DNA of 20,000 nucleotides from an uncultured virus (IMG/VR IMGVR_UViG_3300037483_000303) (lineage: Duplodnaviria > Heunggongvirae > Uroviricota > Caudoviricetes). The stretch is from IMG/VR virus record IMGVR_UViG_3300037483_000303; one strand, 5' to 3'. Of the stretch, positions 7,926-16,354 are shown piece by piece. Positions within the stretch are counted from its first letter, which is position 1, and every line of letters begins with the position of its first letter. The notes beneath the pieces were generated by a model. It did not search any database. It saw nothing but the letters and a program-made list of their open reading frames with translations, and was not told the origin of the DNA. The position numbers were made by a program, and so were the translations under genes.

Positions 7926-9431
7926 CTAGCTAGTCTTGGTAGCAAGCTGATGCAACACGCCGCCATCCCCGCCTAAAAATGCCAGGTTGTCGTCGATTCC
8001 AGACCAGTAGGCCGTATTGTAGCCCGTGTTGGTAAGCGCGGTTACCTGTACCCAACTATTTCCACCATCAGCACTCTCCCACACTGCGCCAACCCCGCCA
8101 GTCGTATCATCTACCACAACTCGCAATAGTTGGCTATCGCCACCCTGTGACTTTGTACCGCCAGCGCAGTTGATAGAAACCACTGACTTGTTAGCACCGA
8201 AATCCTTCAACTGTGTCCAGCCGCCCGCGTTTGCTGCTGTGTTAGTTGATAGGTAAATACTTGTGCCGTTACCCGCATAAATGCGCCCATCATTGGCGAT
8301 AAAGAGGCCCTTTGTAAATGCGCCGCCAGCCGCAGGCCCAACCAATGCCGTGAACGTACCGCTTTGATTCTTCTCTTGTAAAATCGTGTTACTCGCACCC
8401 GTCGCAATTACAGAGTCGTCAACCGGCGACCGGGCAAAGGCGTTAAGAGCAACCGATCCTGTATAAATTGCCGCTGCGAATGTCTCGGCCTGGTTGCTGG
8501 ATACGTAAATATCACCGGCGACCGCTGCATATAGCCGATCATAAAATAACCACTTAAACGCCTCTACCGCTGCCGCGCCGATGGTTACCGCACTCGCCCA
8601 TGAACTTGTGCCCTCGGCGCCCAGTGTAAAGTCACTGTACGTCACCTGTGCCGTAGCTGCATCACTAACGACAATTACCCTGAACTGGGTCGAGCTAATA
8701 AAACCAAGCTCGACAAACAGGATAGCGTCTAATGCCGCAAATGGGTTGGTGGAGGTAATAGCCCAGGCCCCGCCGCCATTGGTGGTATACCACACGTTGG
8801 CAAAGTCGCCAGGACTACCGGCATTATCAGTGACGGCCAGGTATCCAATTTCGTCGGGCTGATAGCCGGGGAAGCAGTCATTACAACCGACTACCAGGTC
8901 GGATAGAAAGGCAATGTCATTGATATTCTGGTCCTCACTAATAGTCAGCGCCGACAACGTATGCTGAAAAATGTTGACAGCATAGGCACTGGCAACCTCG
9001 TAGCTGTTGAACATGACCGCGCCCGTTGCGTCCCTGGACGGGCCAGCCCCCTCCGTTTTCTGCGTAACAGTCATCTTGCCATATTGGGTAATTCTATCCC
9101 ATCCGTTGCCATCCAGCCGGCCGCATTTATACCAGCGCCGTTGCACTGGAAAGCAACCGGTCCTTTCAAACATCTTGGCGAGATATGAAAATACGCCGGT
9201 GTCATCCTCTTCGATAGTGGTGGTAATAAGTCCACCCGGAGGCGTTTGGACGGTGATTTTTGGAAGGTACTGCCCAAATACATCACGCCCCCATACGACC
9301 TCGCGCCCTGGCCCTGGGATCGTCACATCGGCCATCCCGTTCTTGTCAATTGACAGCGGCTTCATCGAGGTAGATGGGCCATCCGGTTGGGTGTATAAAA
9401 TTACTTTGTCCTGCGTTACAAACTGTGCCAT
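7926..9431 (-). CDS. Putative major tail tube protein with C-terminal Asp-box/BNR beta-propeller, 501 aa
   Basis: Lies directly upstream of the chaperone pair and has a strong AGGAG SD. A ~155-aa beta-rich N-domain is followed by Asp-box-like repeats (YTTNGGGAW, VSSNQAETF, LSTNTAANAGGW, ESADGGNSW). Confidence 0.65.
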   Translation of the reverse strand: MAQFVTQDKVILYTQPDGPSTSMKPLSIDKNGMADVTIPGPGREVVWGRDVFGQYLPKITVQTPPGGLITTTIEEDDTGVFSYLAKMFERTGCFPVQRRWYKCGRLDGNGWDRITQYGKMTVTQKTEGAGPSRDATGAVMFNSYEVASAYAVNIFQHTLSALTISEDQNINDIAFLSDLVVGCNDCFPGYQPDEIGYLAVTDNAGSPGDFANVWYTTNGGGAWAITSTNPFAALDAILFVELGFISSTQFRVIVVSDAATAQVTYSDFTLGAEGTSSWASAVTIGAAAVEAFKWLFYDRLYAAVAGDIYVSSNQAETFAAAIYTGSVALNAFARSPVDDSVIATGASNTILQEKNQSGTFTALVGPAAGGAFTKGLFIANDGRIYAGNGTSIYLSTNTAANAGGWTQLKDFGANKSVVSINCAGGTKSQGGDSQLLRVVVDDTTGGVGAVWESADGGNSWVQVTALTNTGYNTAYWSGIDDNLAFLGGDGGVLHQLATKTS

Positions 9432-9432
9432 G

Positions 9433-9705
9433 CTAATTGTTCTCCTGATAAAGTCTAAATAGCGGCTTACCTACCGCTGCCAAAACACATTGATTAAATT
9501 CGCTAGGTCTCGACTGGGCATCTTCTAAGGTGAGAATACCTTTATCGAGTAATAGGTTATGTAAGGTTATCTTGATAACATACCAGTCCAGTTGTTCAAG
9601 GTCGGGTGGTGATTTAAGTAGGCCGATAGACGGGTCCGTATCAGCATCACGCACCAGGGATTTGTGCCTGTAGCCATTGGAGTCAGTGTAGGTGAGTTCC
9701 TTCAT
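9433..9705 (-). CDS. Hypothetical protein in the neck/tail module, 90 aa
   Basis: ATGA overlap with the upstream gene; ends 1 nt before the tube gene start. Confidence 0.7.
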   Translation of the reverse strand: MKELTYTDSNGYRHKSLVRDADTDPSIGLLKSPPDLEQLDWYVIKITLHNLLLDKGILTLEDAQSRPSEFNQCVLAAVGKPLFRLYQENN

Positions 9706-11033
9706 ACCGCCGCGCCTACCATCACGCTGCTCGACATCCTACCCACGCGCTTCCACGCCGCGACCGCCCCCGCCCGAGTACCAAACGGATTGTCCAGATC
9801 AGCCGCGCTTACCTGGTAGTTACCCTGTACCCGGCTGCCTGTAAAGCTAAGATCGCGCTGCCACTCGTTTGTCATGGCAAGCGAATTGTTACAGGTACAA
9901 AATGGACGAGGCACTTTAGCTGTTGCCAGCATTGCTATAGCCTCTGCCAGGTAATTCGACAGCGGTTCACACGTTTTTCCTTGCAGGTAGTCCTGACTTT
10001 GCTCACCGGCCCTATAATAAAGCTTGACCAAGTCAGGATCACGGCAAACGCTCAACTGGTCGAATTGCCACTGACCCGCGTCACTATCATAGGTAGCCGG
10101 TGCAGGCACTACCGCCGTGCCATTCGCATCCTTGACGTGAATACAGCCATCCTGACTGACAAACTCACAGGCGGGACAACCTTCGCCGCCGCAATTGGAG
10201 CAGGAGAATCCAACAACAGGCCATAAACCAAGTGACATCAGCCGTGTGCGTTCCCAGAGAAAAGTAGCCGAGGCTTGGGTAAAGTCGTTATATTCCCGGT
10301 ATACGTCGCAGGTAGCAACATAGCTGGCATCGGCTTCTATATCTATCGGCGCTACACCATAAGGTGCATCATTCGTTACAACGGTTGACATCGGAATGGC
10401 GTTTTGTAAATCTGGGTCCAAAAACTGCCAACTCCAGAATTTGAACGTCACTACCCCGCCGCTTAAAGTTACACTGCGAGGTGGTCTGATTTCCCATATT
10501 TGCGCCCCGCTTTCACCGGCAAAATAGCAGTGCAATTCACATTTATTCGTGACAGTAGTCGGGGTTGTAATCGTAGCCGTCTCCTTGAATCCGTCACCAT
10601 CGTCATCCGTACGGGTCACGGCTACACCAGCAGTTACGATGGTCAAGGTGCGTCTGCCGCCCTGAATAAATCTACCTTGACTTAGTGGTACACTTTTACC
10701 CATACCGCGCACATCCGACATCCCATAGGGAATCACCCCAGGTCTAAAGTACTGCGGGTAATCCCTTACATCCTGTTCTATCCACTGCGGCGCGGGTGAG
10801 TAGCCTAATACGCTGGTTATGTCATCCTCGGCACTCTTGATTGCCTGCGCTATCTCTTCCCGGCTAACGTTATTCATCTGCTGCCACATATACTGAAAGA
10901 ACACGTCAGAGCATTGGTTAATATCTGGGAAATAAGTTGAACCAGCGCCACCGCTGGCATGGGCCGGATTGATGCCGACCAGTGAAAAGTACCGATCAAG
11001 GGGAAGCAGGGTGTACGTGTTAGCTCTAGTCAT
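9702..11033 (-). CDS. Putative head-tail adaptor / neck protein, ~443 aa, Cys-rich
   Basis: Likely start is ATG 11033 (MTRANTY). IAQAIKSAEDDITSVLGY and LYYRAG...LAEAIAMLA resemble the N- and C-terminal helices of gp6/gp15-type adaptors. Contains a CSNCGGEGCPAC cluster and sits ahead of the tail genes. Confidence 0.55.
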   Translation of the reverse strand: MTRANTYTLLPLDRYFSLVGINPAHASGGAGSTYFPDINQCSDVFFQYMWQQMNNVSREEIAQAIKSAEDDITSVLGYSPAPQWIEQDVRDYPQYFRPGVIPYGMSDVRGMGKSVPLSQGRFIQGGRRTLTIVTAGVAVTRTDDDGDGFKETATITTPTTVTNKCELHCYFAGESGAQIWEIRPPRSVTLSGGVVTFKFWSWQFLDPDLQNAIPMSTVVTNDAPYGVAPIDIEADASYVATCDVYREYNDFTQASATFLWERTRLMSLGLWPVVGFSCSNCGGEGCPACEFVSQDGCIHVKDANGTAVVPAPATYDSDAGQWQFDQLSVCRDPDLVKLYYRAGEQSQDYLQGKTCEPLSNYLAEAIAMLATAKVPRPFCTCNNSLAMTNEWQRDLSFTGSRVQGNYQVSAADLDNPFGTRAGAVAAWKRVGRMSSSVMVGAAV

Positions 11034-11331
11034 TCCATTTATCCAGTAAACAAGCCACTGACGACAACGCAAAGGGCAAACAGGCCCAATAGGTATAATC
11101 CTGGTAGAAGTAATAAGCTACAACCACGATTAGGCCGAGCCATACCGAGAAGCACCAGACGCAGGTAAACAACCTGGCTAACTCATTGTCGGCTAACGGC
11201 TCGCTGCTCATATCGTAGGTGATACCTACCAACCGTCTAATCTCGGCAAATATCATAAAAGGCCCATCTTCATTAACGAATAGGTTGGATATACGCCACG
11301 TGGCCAGAGCTAAAACTGTAAAATGTAACAT
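11026..11331 (-). CDS. DUF1360-like small membrane protein, 101 aa
   Basis: LALATWRISNLFVNEDGPF...R and LFTCVWCFSVW match the DUF1360 pattern (R..L...D, CxWC..VW). Two to three hydrophobic segments. Confidence 0.75.
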   Translation of the reverse strand: MLHFTVLALATWRISNLFVNEDGPFMIFAEIRRLVGITYDMSSEPLADNELARLFTCVWCFSVWLGLIVVVAYYFYQDYTYWACLPFALSSVACLLDKWND

Positions 11332-11332
11332 A

Positions 11333-11364
11333 AATAAAAAAAGCGCACGATAAGCCGTGCGCTT
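11333..11364 (-). terminator. Rho-independent terminator
   Basis: Perfect 9-bp stem AAGCGCACG/CGTGCGCTT (11341-11349 with 11356-11364) and a 6-nt loop. On the minus strand it runs into TTTTTTTATTT. Confidence 0.8.
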
Positions 11365-11402
11365 ATAATAATTAAAGTATTAGGTTTGATTGATTTATGC
11401 TG

Positions 11403-11498
11403 CTATAGCATAAATGAAATAAGTGTGATGCCGCCCCATATCACTATAAAGGCAATTGTCAATACTATGATGATTTTCTTTGCGTCTTCATTAGTCAT
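11403..11498 (-). CDS. 31-aa single-TM peptide (below the ORF track cutoff)
   Basis: MTNEDAKKIIIVLTIAFIVIWGGITLISFML*. TGATG overlap with the glycosyltransferase stop. Confidence 0.55.
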   Translation of the reverse strand: MTNEDAKKIIIVLTIAFIVIWGGITLISFML

Positions 11499-14404
11499 CA
11501 GTCTATCACTTTGACCCGTCTCCCGCGCTTAGTACTCATCTTTTTTTCTACCAGTAACATCGGCTCTGCCAATTCCACCTTTGGTGATTCCGGCAACTTG
11601 ACATCACTCACCAGTTTGAACATATCAGGCCGCGCTCGCTGGTCCAGGATGTGTACCAGAAACCTCTCGCCACGTTTACGGGAATAACCTTTATAGTCAA
11701 ATAGCTTGCCATCGGAACCACGTTGTCCGGTAATAGACTTTAGCGGTTGACCCCAATGATCCTGTGTCATAGTTTCGGGGAATGTAAGCTCTATTTCTAC
11801 CAATTGACTATCACTCATACCACTAACCGATTTTTCTCCGTTCACCTGGACAGTTTGCCTCTTGCCGCCACAGTTACACCCCACCGTTTGAATTCCCTCA
11901 TACTTTCTATTTATGTATTGTATCAAACTTTTATGCTTTTGTAAACTATCTTCATCCCTTACCGCCGATTGCTCGCGCCGGTAGCCCTTATGGTAAGAGT
12001 ACATAACTAGCGGATCATCTACCCGATAGTAGCAATGGCCCGCCCTGGCTTGTCGCCAATGATAGTCTACATCCTCCCACGTTGACATATTCTCATCAAA
12101 ACCACCTATTTCATCATGCCATATTTTTGGAATGAGAACACTTACCAGGCACCAATGATAGTAGGGCATATGGGGTGACGAACGTTCAAATTCTGGTTGA
12201 CGCTGTGCTTTGGCACAATCAAAGTCGGTTGATCGCTTTTTGAACACCGCCGTTTGCTGTTTTTGATTATAGCCGAGCAGGTCATCACCCATTGCCTTTT
12301 TAGCCTCATCGTAGTCCCACACGGCTTTACCCAGGTAATCAGAATAGATAATCGCCTCTTCTCGATTCCACGCCTCTAGCATTTTGTCCAGTGCGTGGGC
12401 ATCCACCAGTACATCGTCGGCATCGAGGAAGAATAGAAGAGGAGCGCGGGAACATTTAGCACCCAAGTTCCTGGACCAGCCCGCGCCATTCATAGATTGA
12501 CCTTCAGGGTAGGCCATACCGACCGCAGTTAGAAATCTGACATAAGGATAAGCCCTAGAGATGGCCTTGCAAGTATCATTTTCGTGTGGGTTAAAGTCCC
12601 AAACAACTATCGCTTCCCACTTTCTGAAATGTTGCATCTCAAGGGAATCAAGCGCGTTTGTTACTTCTTGCTCGTGGCCGGGTCCAACGGGAATAATAAC
12701 GGAGATGGTCGGCTGGTCATACTGACGGACTGGGTGACTATGGCGTTTGGGAGTGGCGACAGAGGCAAATGGGTGCTGCCCGTCTTTAGCCCAGGGATAC
12801 ATACTGAGCCAGTCCATTTCAGTATACTCTTTATTGCCATGAACGAAGCCACCTTCGGCGGAGTAGTTAAATAGTGGCTCGTCCGTCACCTTTTTGGCGT
12901 TGTAGCCGATTGAGCAAATAGCAGACCAAAAGGCGGCATCTTCACTGCCGGCACCATTTGGGCTATAGCGAGACTTATAACCGCCGACGCGCTCCCAAGC
13001 ATCACGTCTGAATAGGCAGGTCGTTGGTATCTGATTTTGCTTGGGATAACTTAGTTGCTTGTCTGGATTGAAAGTACCGGGCCATTGACTGATGTCGTTT
13101 GAGCCATCGGCATTATGGGCGCGTAAGGAAGTGTAGGCAATGCCTAAAGAACGGTCGGATTCAAGTGCCTTGATGCAGACCTCTAAGAATGTGGGGGCAA
13201 GCCAATCATCAGAATCGAGAGCGGCTATATACTTGCTAGTTGTGGCCGATATACCAAAGTTACGGGCCACCGCCACGCCTTGATTATGCTGGCGAATATA
13301 GCTAATCGGGTAATAGCCCTGAGCGCCCATTGATTCCACTTGCTCATAAGTTCGCTCAGAGCCATCGTCTATTACAATGATCTCTTTCGGTCGCATAGTT
13401 TGACGTAAGCAACTATCAACGGCTCTTTCTACCTGCTCAATTGTCTTATTAAATACCGGAATCACTACGCTAACTGTTGCCGGTTCCTCTTCCCTCGCCA
13501 GTCCGTAAACCCCGGCTACCATCTCACAAGCCCGCTCCCAGGTCCAAGCCTTCGCCAATTCGATCCCATTCCGGCCCAATGTCCTGCGGTGCTTTAGGCA
13601 ATAATTCAGCCCTTCACAAAGGTCATCTATGTCGTTGGGCTTGGCCAGATAGCCATTTATGCCATGCTGGACTAAAGTAGAATTACCTCCCCAATCCCAT
13701 CCCAGAACAGGTATACCGCTTGCCATTGCCTCTAGTACGCCAATTCCCCACGTCTCTTTCGCCACTGACAGATACACACCGGCCCGCTGTACAATTAGCT
13801 TCATATCGGTATGGGGTGTTTTTGCGCCATGTGATAGTATCTTGAAATTCTCAGGCCACATAGGAGAATTGAGCAACCTATCAGTTTGGGGAGTTGGCAG
13901 AGTAGATAAAAATGGCACTTTGGGGAAACGGCTTATCAACACGTCAAGGATAGAATTATCACACACGTCAAACCGGCGATTCTTATTCCATAGTACATAA
14001 TTCTGGCTGGCCTCCTTATGTTGCCATTCTTGCCAATCAATACCATGTGGAATGACATGGGGCGATAGACGCATGTCACGCTTGAACGTTTCGGCTACCC
14101 AGGTACTTGGCACTGTTATCGCCTTCGCATTTCTACAGGCTTCTATAACTCTCGTGTTGACATGCCATTCCCACTCAGACGCATTATAATCCGCCGTAAA
14201 ATAAAGCCCATGAAGATGTGCTACATCACAGTCAGGGCCAGTTATGCCGGCGTGTGCAACCTTTAGATCATAGGTAGTTGCATCCGGCGTGACTAATTCA
14301 ATGTCGAATTTTGGGAGGTATTTAGAATATGCTTCAATTACACGAGCAATGCCGTGAGATTGATTTTTCACTTCGGAGACGTGCGGCAACATTAGCACCT
14401 TCAT
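11498..14404 (-). CDS. Multidomain glycosyltransferase GT4 + GT2 + GT2 + C-terminal CNCGG domain, ~968 aa
   Basis: Likely start ATG 14404 (ATGA overlap). GT-B motif ETWGIGVLEAMASG (EX7E). First GT-A domain VSVVIPVFN..IDDGS..LDSDD..ED. Second GT-A domain ISVIIPV..FLDADD..GGFDE..WED. Confidence 0.92.
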   Translation of the reverse strand: MKVLMLPHVSEVKNQSHGIARVIEAYSKYLPKFDIELVTPDATTYDLKVAHAGITGPDCDVAHLHGLYFTADYNASEWEWHVNTRVIEACRNAKAITVPSTWVAETFKRDMRLSPHVIPHGIDWQEWQHKEASQNYVLWNKNRRFDVCDNSILDVLISRFPKVPFLSTLPTPQTDRLLNSPMWPENFKILSHGAKTPHTDMKLIVQRAGVYLSVAKETWGIGVLEAMASGIPVLGWDWGGNSTLVQHGINGYLAKPNDIDDLCEGLNYCLKHRRTLGRNGIELAKAWTWERACEMVAGVYGLAREEEPATVSVVIPVFNKTIEQVERAVDSCLRQTMRPKEIIVIDDGSERTYEQVESMGAQGYYPISYIRQHNQGVAVARNFGISATTSKYIAALDSDDWLAPTFLEVCIKALESDRSLGIAYTSLRAHNADGSNDISQWPGTFNPDKQLSYPKQNQIPTTCLFRRDAWERVGGYKSRYSPNGAGSEDAAFWSAICSIGYNAKKVTDEPLFNYSAEGGFVHGNKEYTEMDWLSMYPWAKDGQHPFASVATPKRHSHPVRQYDQPTISVIIPVGPGHEQEVTNALDSLEMQHFRKWEAIVVWDFNPHENDTCKAISRAYPYVRFLTAVGMAYPEGQSMNGAGWSRNLGAKCSRAPLLFFLDADDVLVDAHALDKMLEAWNREEAIIYSDYLGKAVWDYDEAKKAMGDDLLGYNQKQQTAVFKKRSTDFDCAKAQRQPEFERSSPHMPYYHWCLVSVLIPKIWHDEIGGFDENMSTWEDVDYHWRQARAGHCYYRVDDPLVMYSYHKGYRREQSAVRDEDSLQKHKSLIQYINRKYEGIQTVGCNCGGKRQTVQVNGEKSVSGMSDSQLVEIELTFPETMTQDHWGQPLKSITGQRGSDGKLFDYKGYSRKRGERFLVHILDQRARPDMFKLVSDVKLPESPKVELAEPMLLVEKKMSTKRGRRVKVID

Positions 14405-15147
14405 ACCTTTACCCCCACCAAGTATAGCGCGTTCTCCTGGTGCAGATGCGCATATTGTTGCCACTCATACCCCGGCTTAGATTCGGCAAACTTCCTCAAC
14501 CACGTATCATTATCCACGCCTTCAAACTCATAGCTAGAGGCGAATAGATATTCTTTTGCGTCCACTTGTGATAATAACCGTTCTCTTTTGGATAACGACA
14601 TTTCGGAGAGTGAGTGACAGGCGATAAATAAATCGCAGGACTTTTCTAATGAGCTTGACCGCAGCCAATGTATATGACTCCTTGATTCTGGTAACGTATG
14701 GTCTAAATAGTAAGCCTGTATCTGTTCTAATTCTGGTAAGTCAAAGATGTAATAGCGTCCCTTAAAGCCAAGCCGGTGGCAAATAAGACACATCGCCCCA
14801 TAGCCTGCGCCCACTTCGACAATGCTGGACAAGTTGCTAATGTCCTGATGGCTTCTATCTAGCCATTGCTTAAGGTGATAATATTGGTGAATAAGGTTAC
14901 CAGAAGTCCAGCCAAATAAAGGCTTGGGATTACCGATAGGCGTCTCGGCTAAGGCGCTATATTTACCAAGTGAGATAATATCAGTCGGATCATAACCACT
15001 CATCAACTCTTCAAACTCCATACGCACAAAGCCAACATCGCCCACGAACATTGTTTTCTCAATCGTTGACCATCTTAAAAAGTCCTCAATCTTGTCGGTT
15101 ACGAGATGATGACGAAGGGCGGCACGGTTTAAGTCCCAGGCGGTCAT
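14401..15147 (-). CDS. Putative sugar O-methyltransferase (NanM/TIGR04371-like), 248 aa
   Basis: SAM motif IVEVGAGYG, plus IFDLPEL..IQAYYL and HSLSEM. Confidence 0.78.
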   Translation of the reverse strand: MTAWDLNRAALRHHLVTDKIEDFLRWSTIEKTMFVGDVGFVRMEFEELMSGYDPTDIISLGKYSALAETPIGNPKPLFGWTSGNLIHQYYHLKQWLDRSHQDISNLSSIVEVGAGYGAMCLICHRLGFKGRYYIFDLPELEQIQAYYLDHTLPESRSHIHWLRSSSLEKSCDLFIACHSLSEMSLSKRERLLSQVDAKEYLFASSYEFEGVDNDTWLRKFAESKPGYEWQQYAHLHQENALYLVGVKV

Positions 15148-15551
15148 TTACCTACCTTTATTTGGCAACCAAAGCGAAATGTCCATTTGCTGGCATGCTC
15201 AATACTCCAAAGGAAAGCCCTGTCATCAGTCCAGAATAGACTACCTGAAAATGAAGATGACATCTCATCCTCCCTTTGGCTAATAAGTATAAAATTATCA
15301 TCTACCCTTTTTAGTGCCCTGATCCCTAATCTAAGAAGCGCAGACATGACATGGCAACTTAAGAATGTTTGTGATGTGATCTTTCTGGGTACTCGACTAT
15401 ATCTTCTAAGAATGTCAGTGACATCAATCATATCAGAGTACTCTCTTAGGACAAAAATAACACTGGGTGGTTCTTTTACCACATCGCAATGAGTAAATCT
15501 AGTTATTAACTTGTTATCATCTTGAATGAAAAAGGACAAGTCATCTTTCAT
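15144..15551 (-). CDS. Hypothetical protein, 135 aa, AT-rich
   Basis: Overlaps both neighbours (11 nt and ATGA). No recognisable motif. Confidence 0.6.
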   Translation of the reverse strand: MKDDLSFFIQDDNKLITRFTHCDVVKEPPSVIFVLREYSDMIDVTDILRRYSRVPRKITSQTFLSCHVMSALLRLGIRALKRVDDNFILISQREDEMSSSFSGSLFWTDDRAFLWSIEHASKWTFRFGCQIKVGK

Positions 15552-16152
15552 CTGTTATCCTAAATGCGACCAACGTCGCTACCTGCAAAACAATCTCATA
15601 ATTAGGACACAAGAACTTTCGCACCGCCCGGTCGACTCCCGGCCAGGGTAACGGATGCGGCGCGTTCTCAATCGGCCCGTCCTTGTATACCTCTCGTTTG
15701 TTAAAGTCGTGAATAGCCATTATACCGCCAGGTTTGATGTTGGGCAACCAGGCTAGAATGTCGCCCTTACAACCGTTGTAAGAGTGATCACCATCGACGA
15801 AGCATAGGTCACATTTGCCGACATAATAATAAAGTTCATCCCAGTGCTTACCAATCATCTTACTGTCGCCTATAGCATAATAGTATCTATCGGGCGCAAA
15901 GCCGGATTGCTCAATAACCGTTCTCTCTGCCACAATACAACCGAGGGGGCTATCCTCATATTGAATATCTATTGTGATAAGCTTCAAATCCGGCCTACTC
16001 TCCATAAATGCCAGGCCGCTGGTCCCGGACCCTGCTCCGATGTTGACCACAACAGGGTTAGCCGGTAACGATTGAGCCAACTGCTTTAGAGCGGCGAGTT
16101 CAGAGGCAAAAAGATACTTAAAAGCGGCTTGAATCGATTCACTCGTTTGCAT
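15541..16152 (-). CDS. Class I SAM-dependent methyltransferase (Methyltransf_24-like), ~203 aa
   Basis: VVNIGAGSGTSG, ITID, DLCFVDGDHSY, KPGGIMAIHD and WPGVDRAV motifs. Likely start ATG 16152. Confidence 0.85.
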   Translation of the reverse strand: MQTSESIQAAFKYLFASELAALKQLAQSLPANPVVVNIGAGSGTSGLAFMESRPDLKLITIDIQYEDSPLGCIVAERTVIEQSGFAPDRYYYAIGDSKMIGKHWDELYYYVGKCDLCFVDGDHSYNGCKGDILAWLPNIKPGGIMAIHDFNKREVYKDGPIENAPHPLPWPGVDRAVRKFLCPNYEIVLQVATLVAFRITDER

Positions 16153-16354
16153 AAAGCTCTTCATTGTCCGGCATTTGATACTCATCATTCACTGCTTGTA
16201 CAATGGCTTCAAATATCTCCTTATTTCCTACCTCGCCACAGCCAACAACTAAATTACCACCCTTATCTAAAATGACATCCCCCTCCCACAATGATACTGA
16301 CCAGGGGAGTGGGTACTTCTTAAAAACGGTACTCAAAAACTTCTCTTCATCCAT
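16139..16354 (-). CDS. Small phage hypothetical protein, 71 aa
   Basis: GGGAG SD and overlaps with both neighbours. The PLPW.V...ILDKGG..V...IVQAVN pattern resembles small phage accessory proteins. Confidence 0.65.
   Translation of the reverse strand: MDEEKFLSTVFKKYPLPWSVSLWEGDVILDKGGNLVVGCGEVGNKEIFEAIVQAVNDEYQMPDNEELYANE

Noticed and set aside
11026..11331. Calling the DUF1360-like protein a holin
   Set aside because: Size and TM segments fit, but no endolysin is in the window and the family's function is not established.
2118..11405. Stop-codon reassignment (TAG read as sense), suggested by many TAG stops and one in-frame junction
   Set aside because: Long ORFs are intact in the standard code. 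The TAGs at 3594, 7206, 7926, 9433 and 11026 are each followed by an out-of-frame next gene, so TAG is a real stop.
14405..14464. Longest-ORF N-terminal extensions (also at 11072, 16188, 19060, 19205 and 6693)
   Set aside because: They overlap upstream genes. Downstream starts give typical short overlaps or better SD sites.
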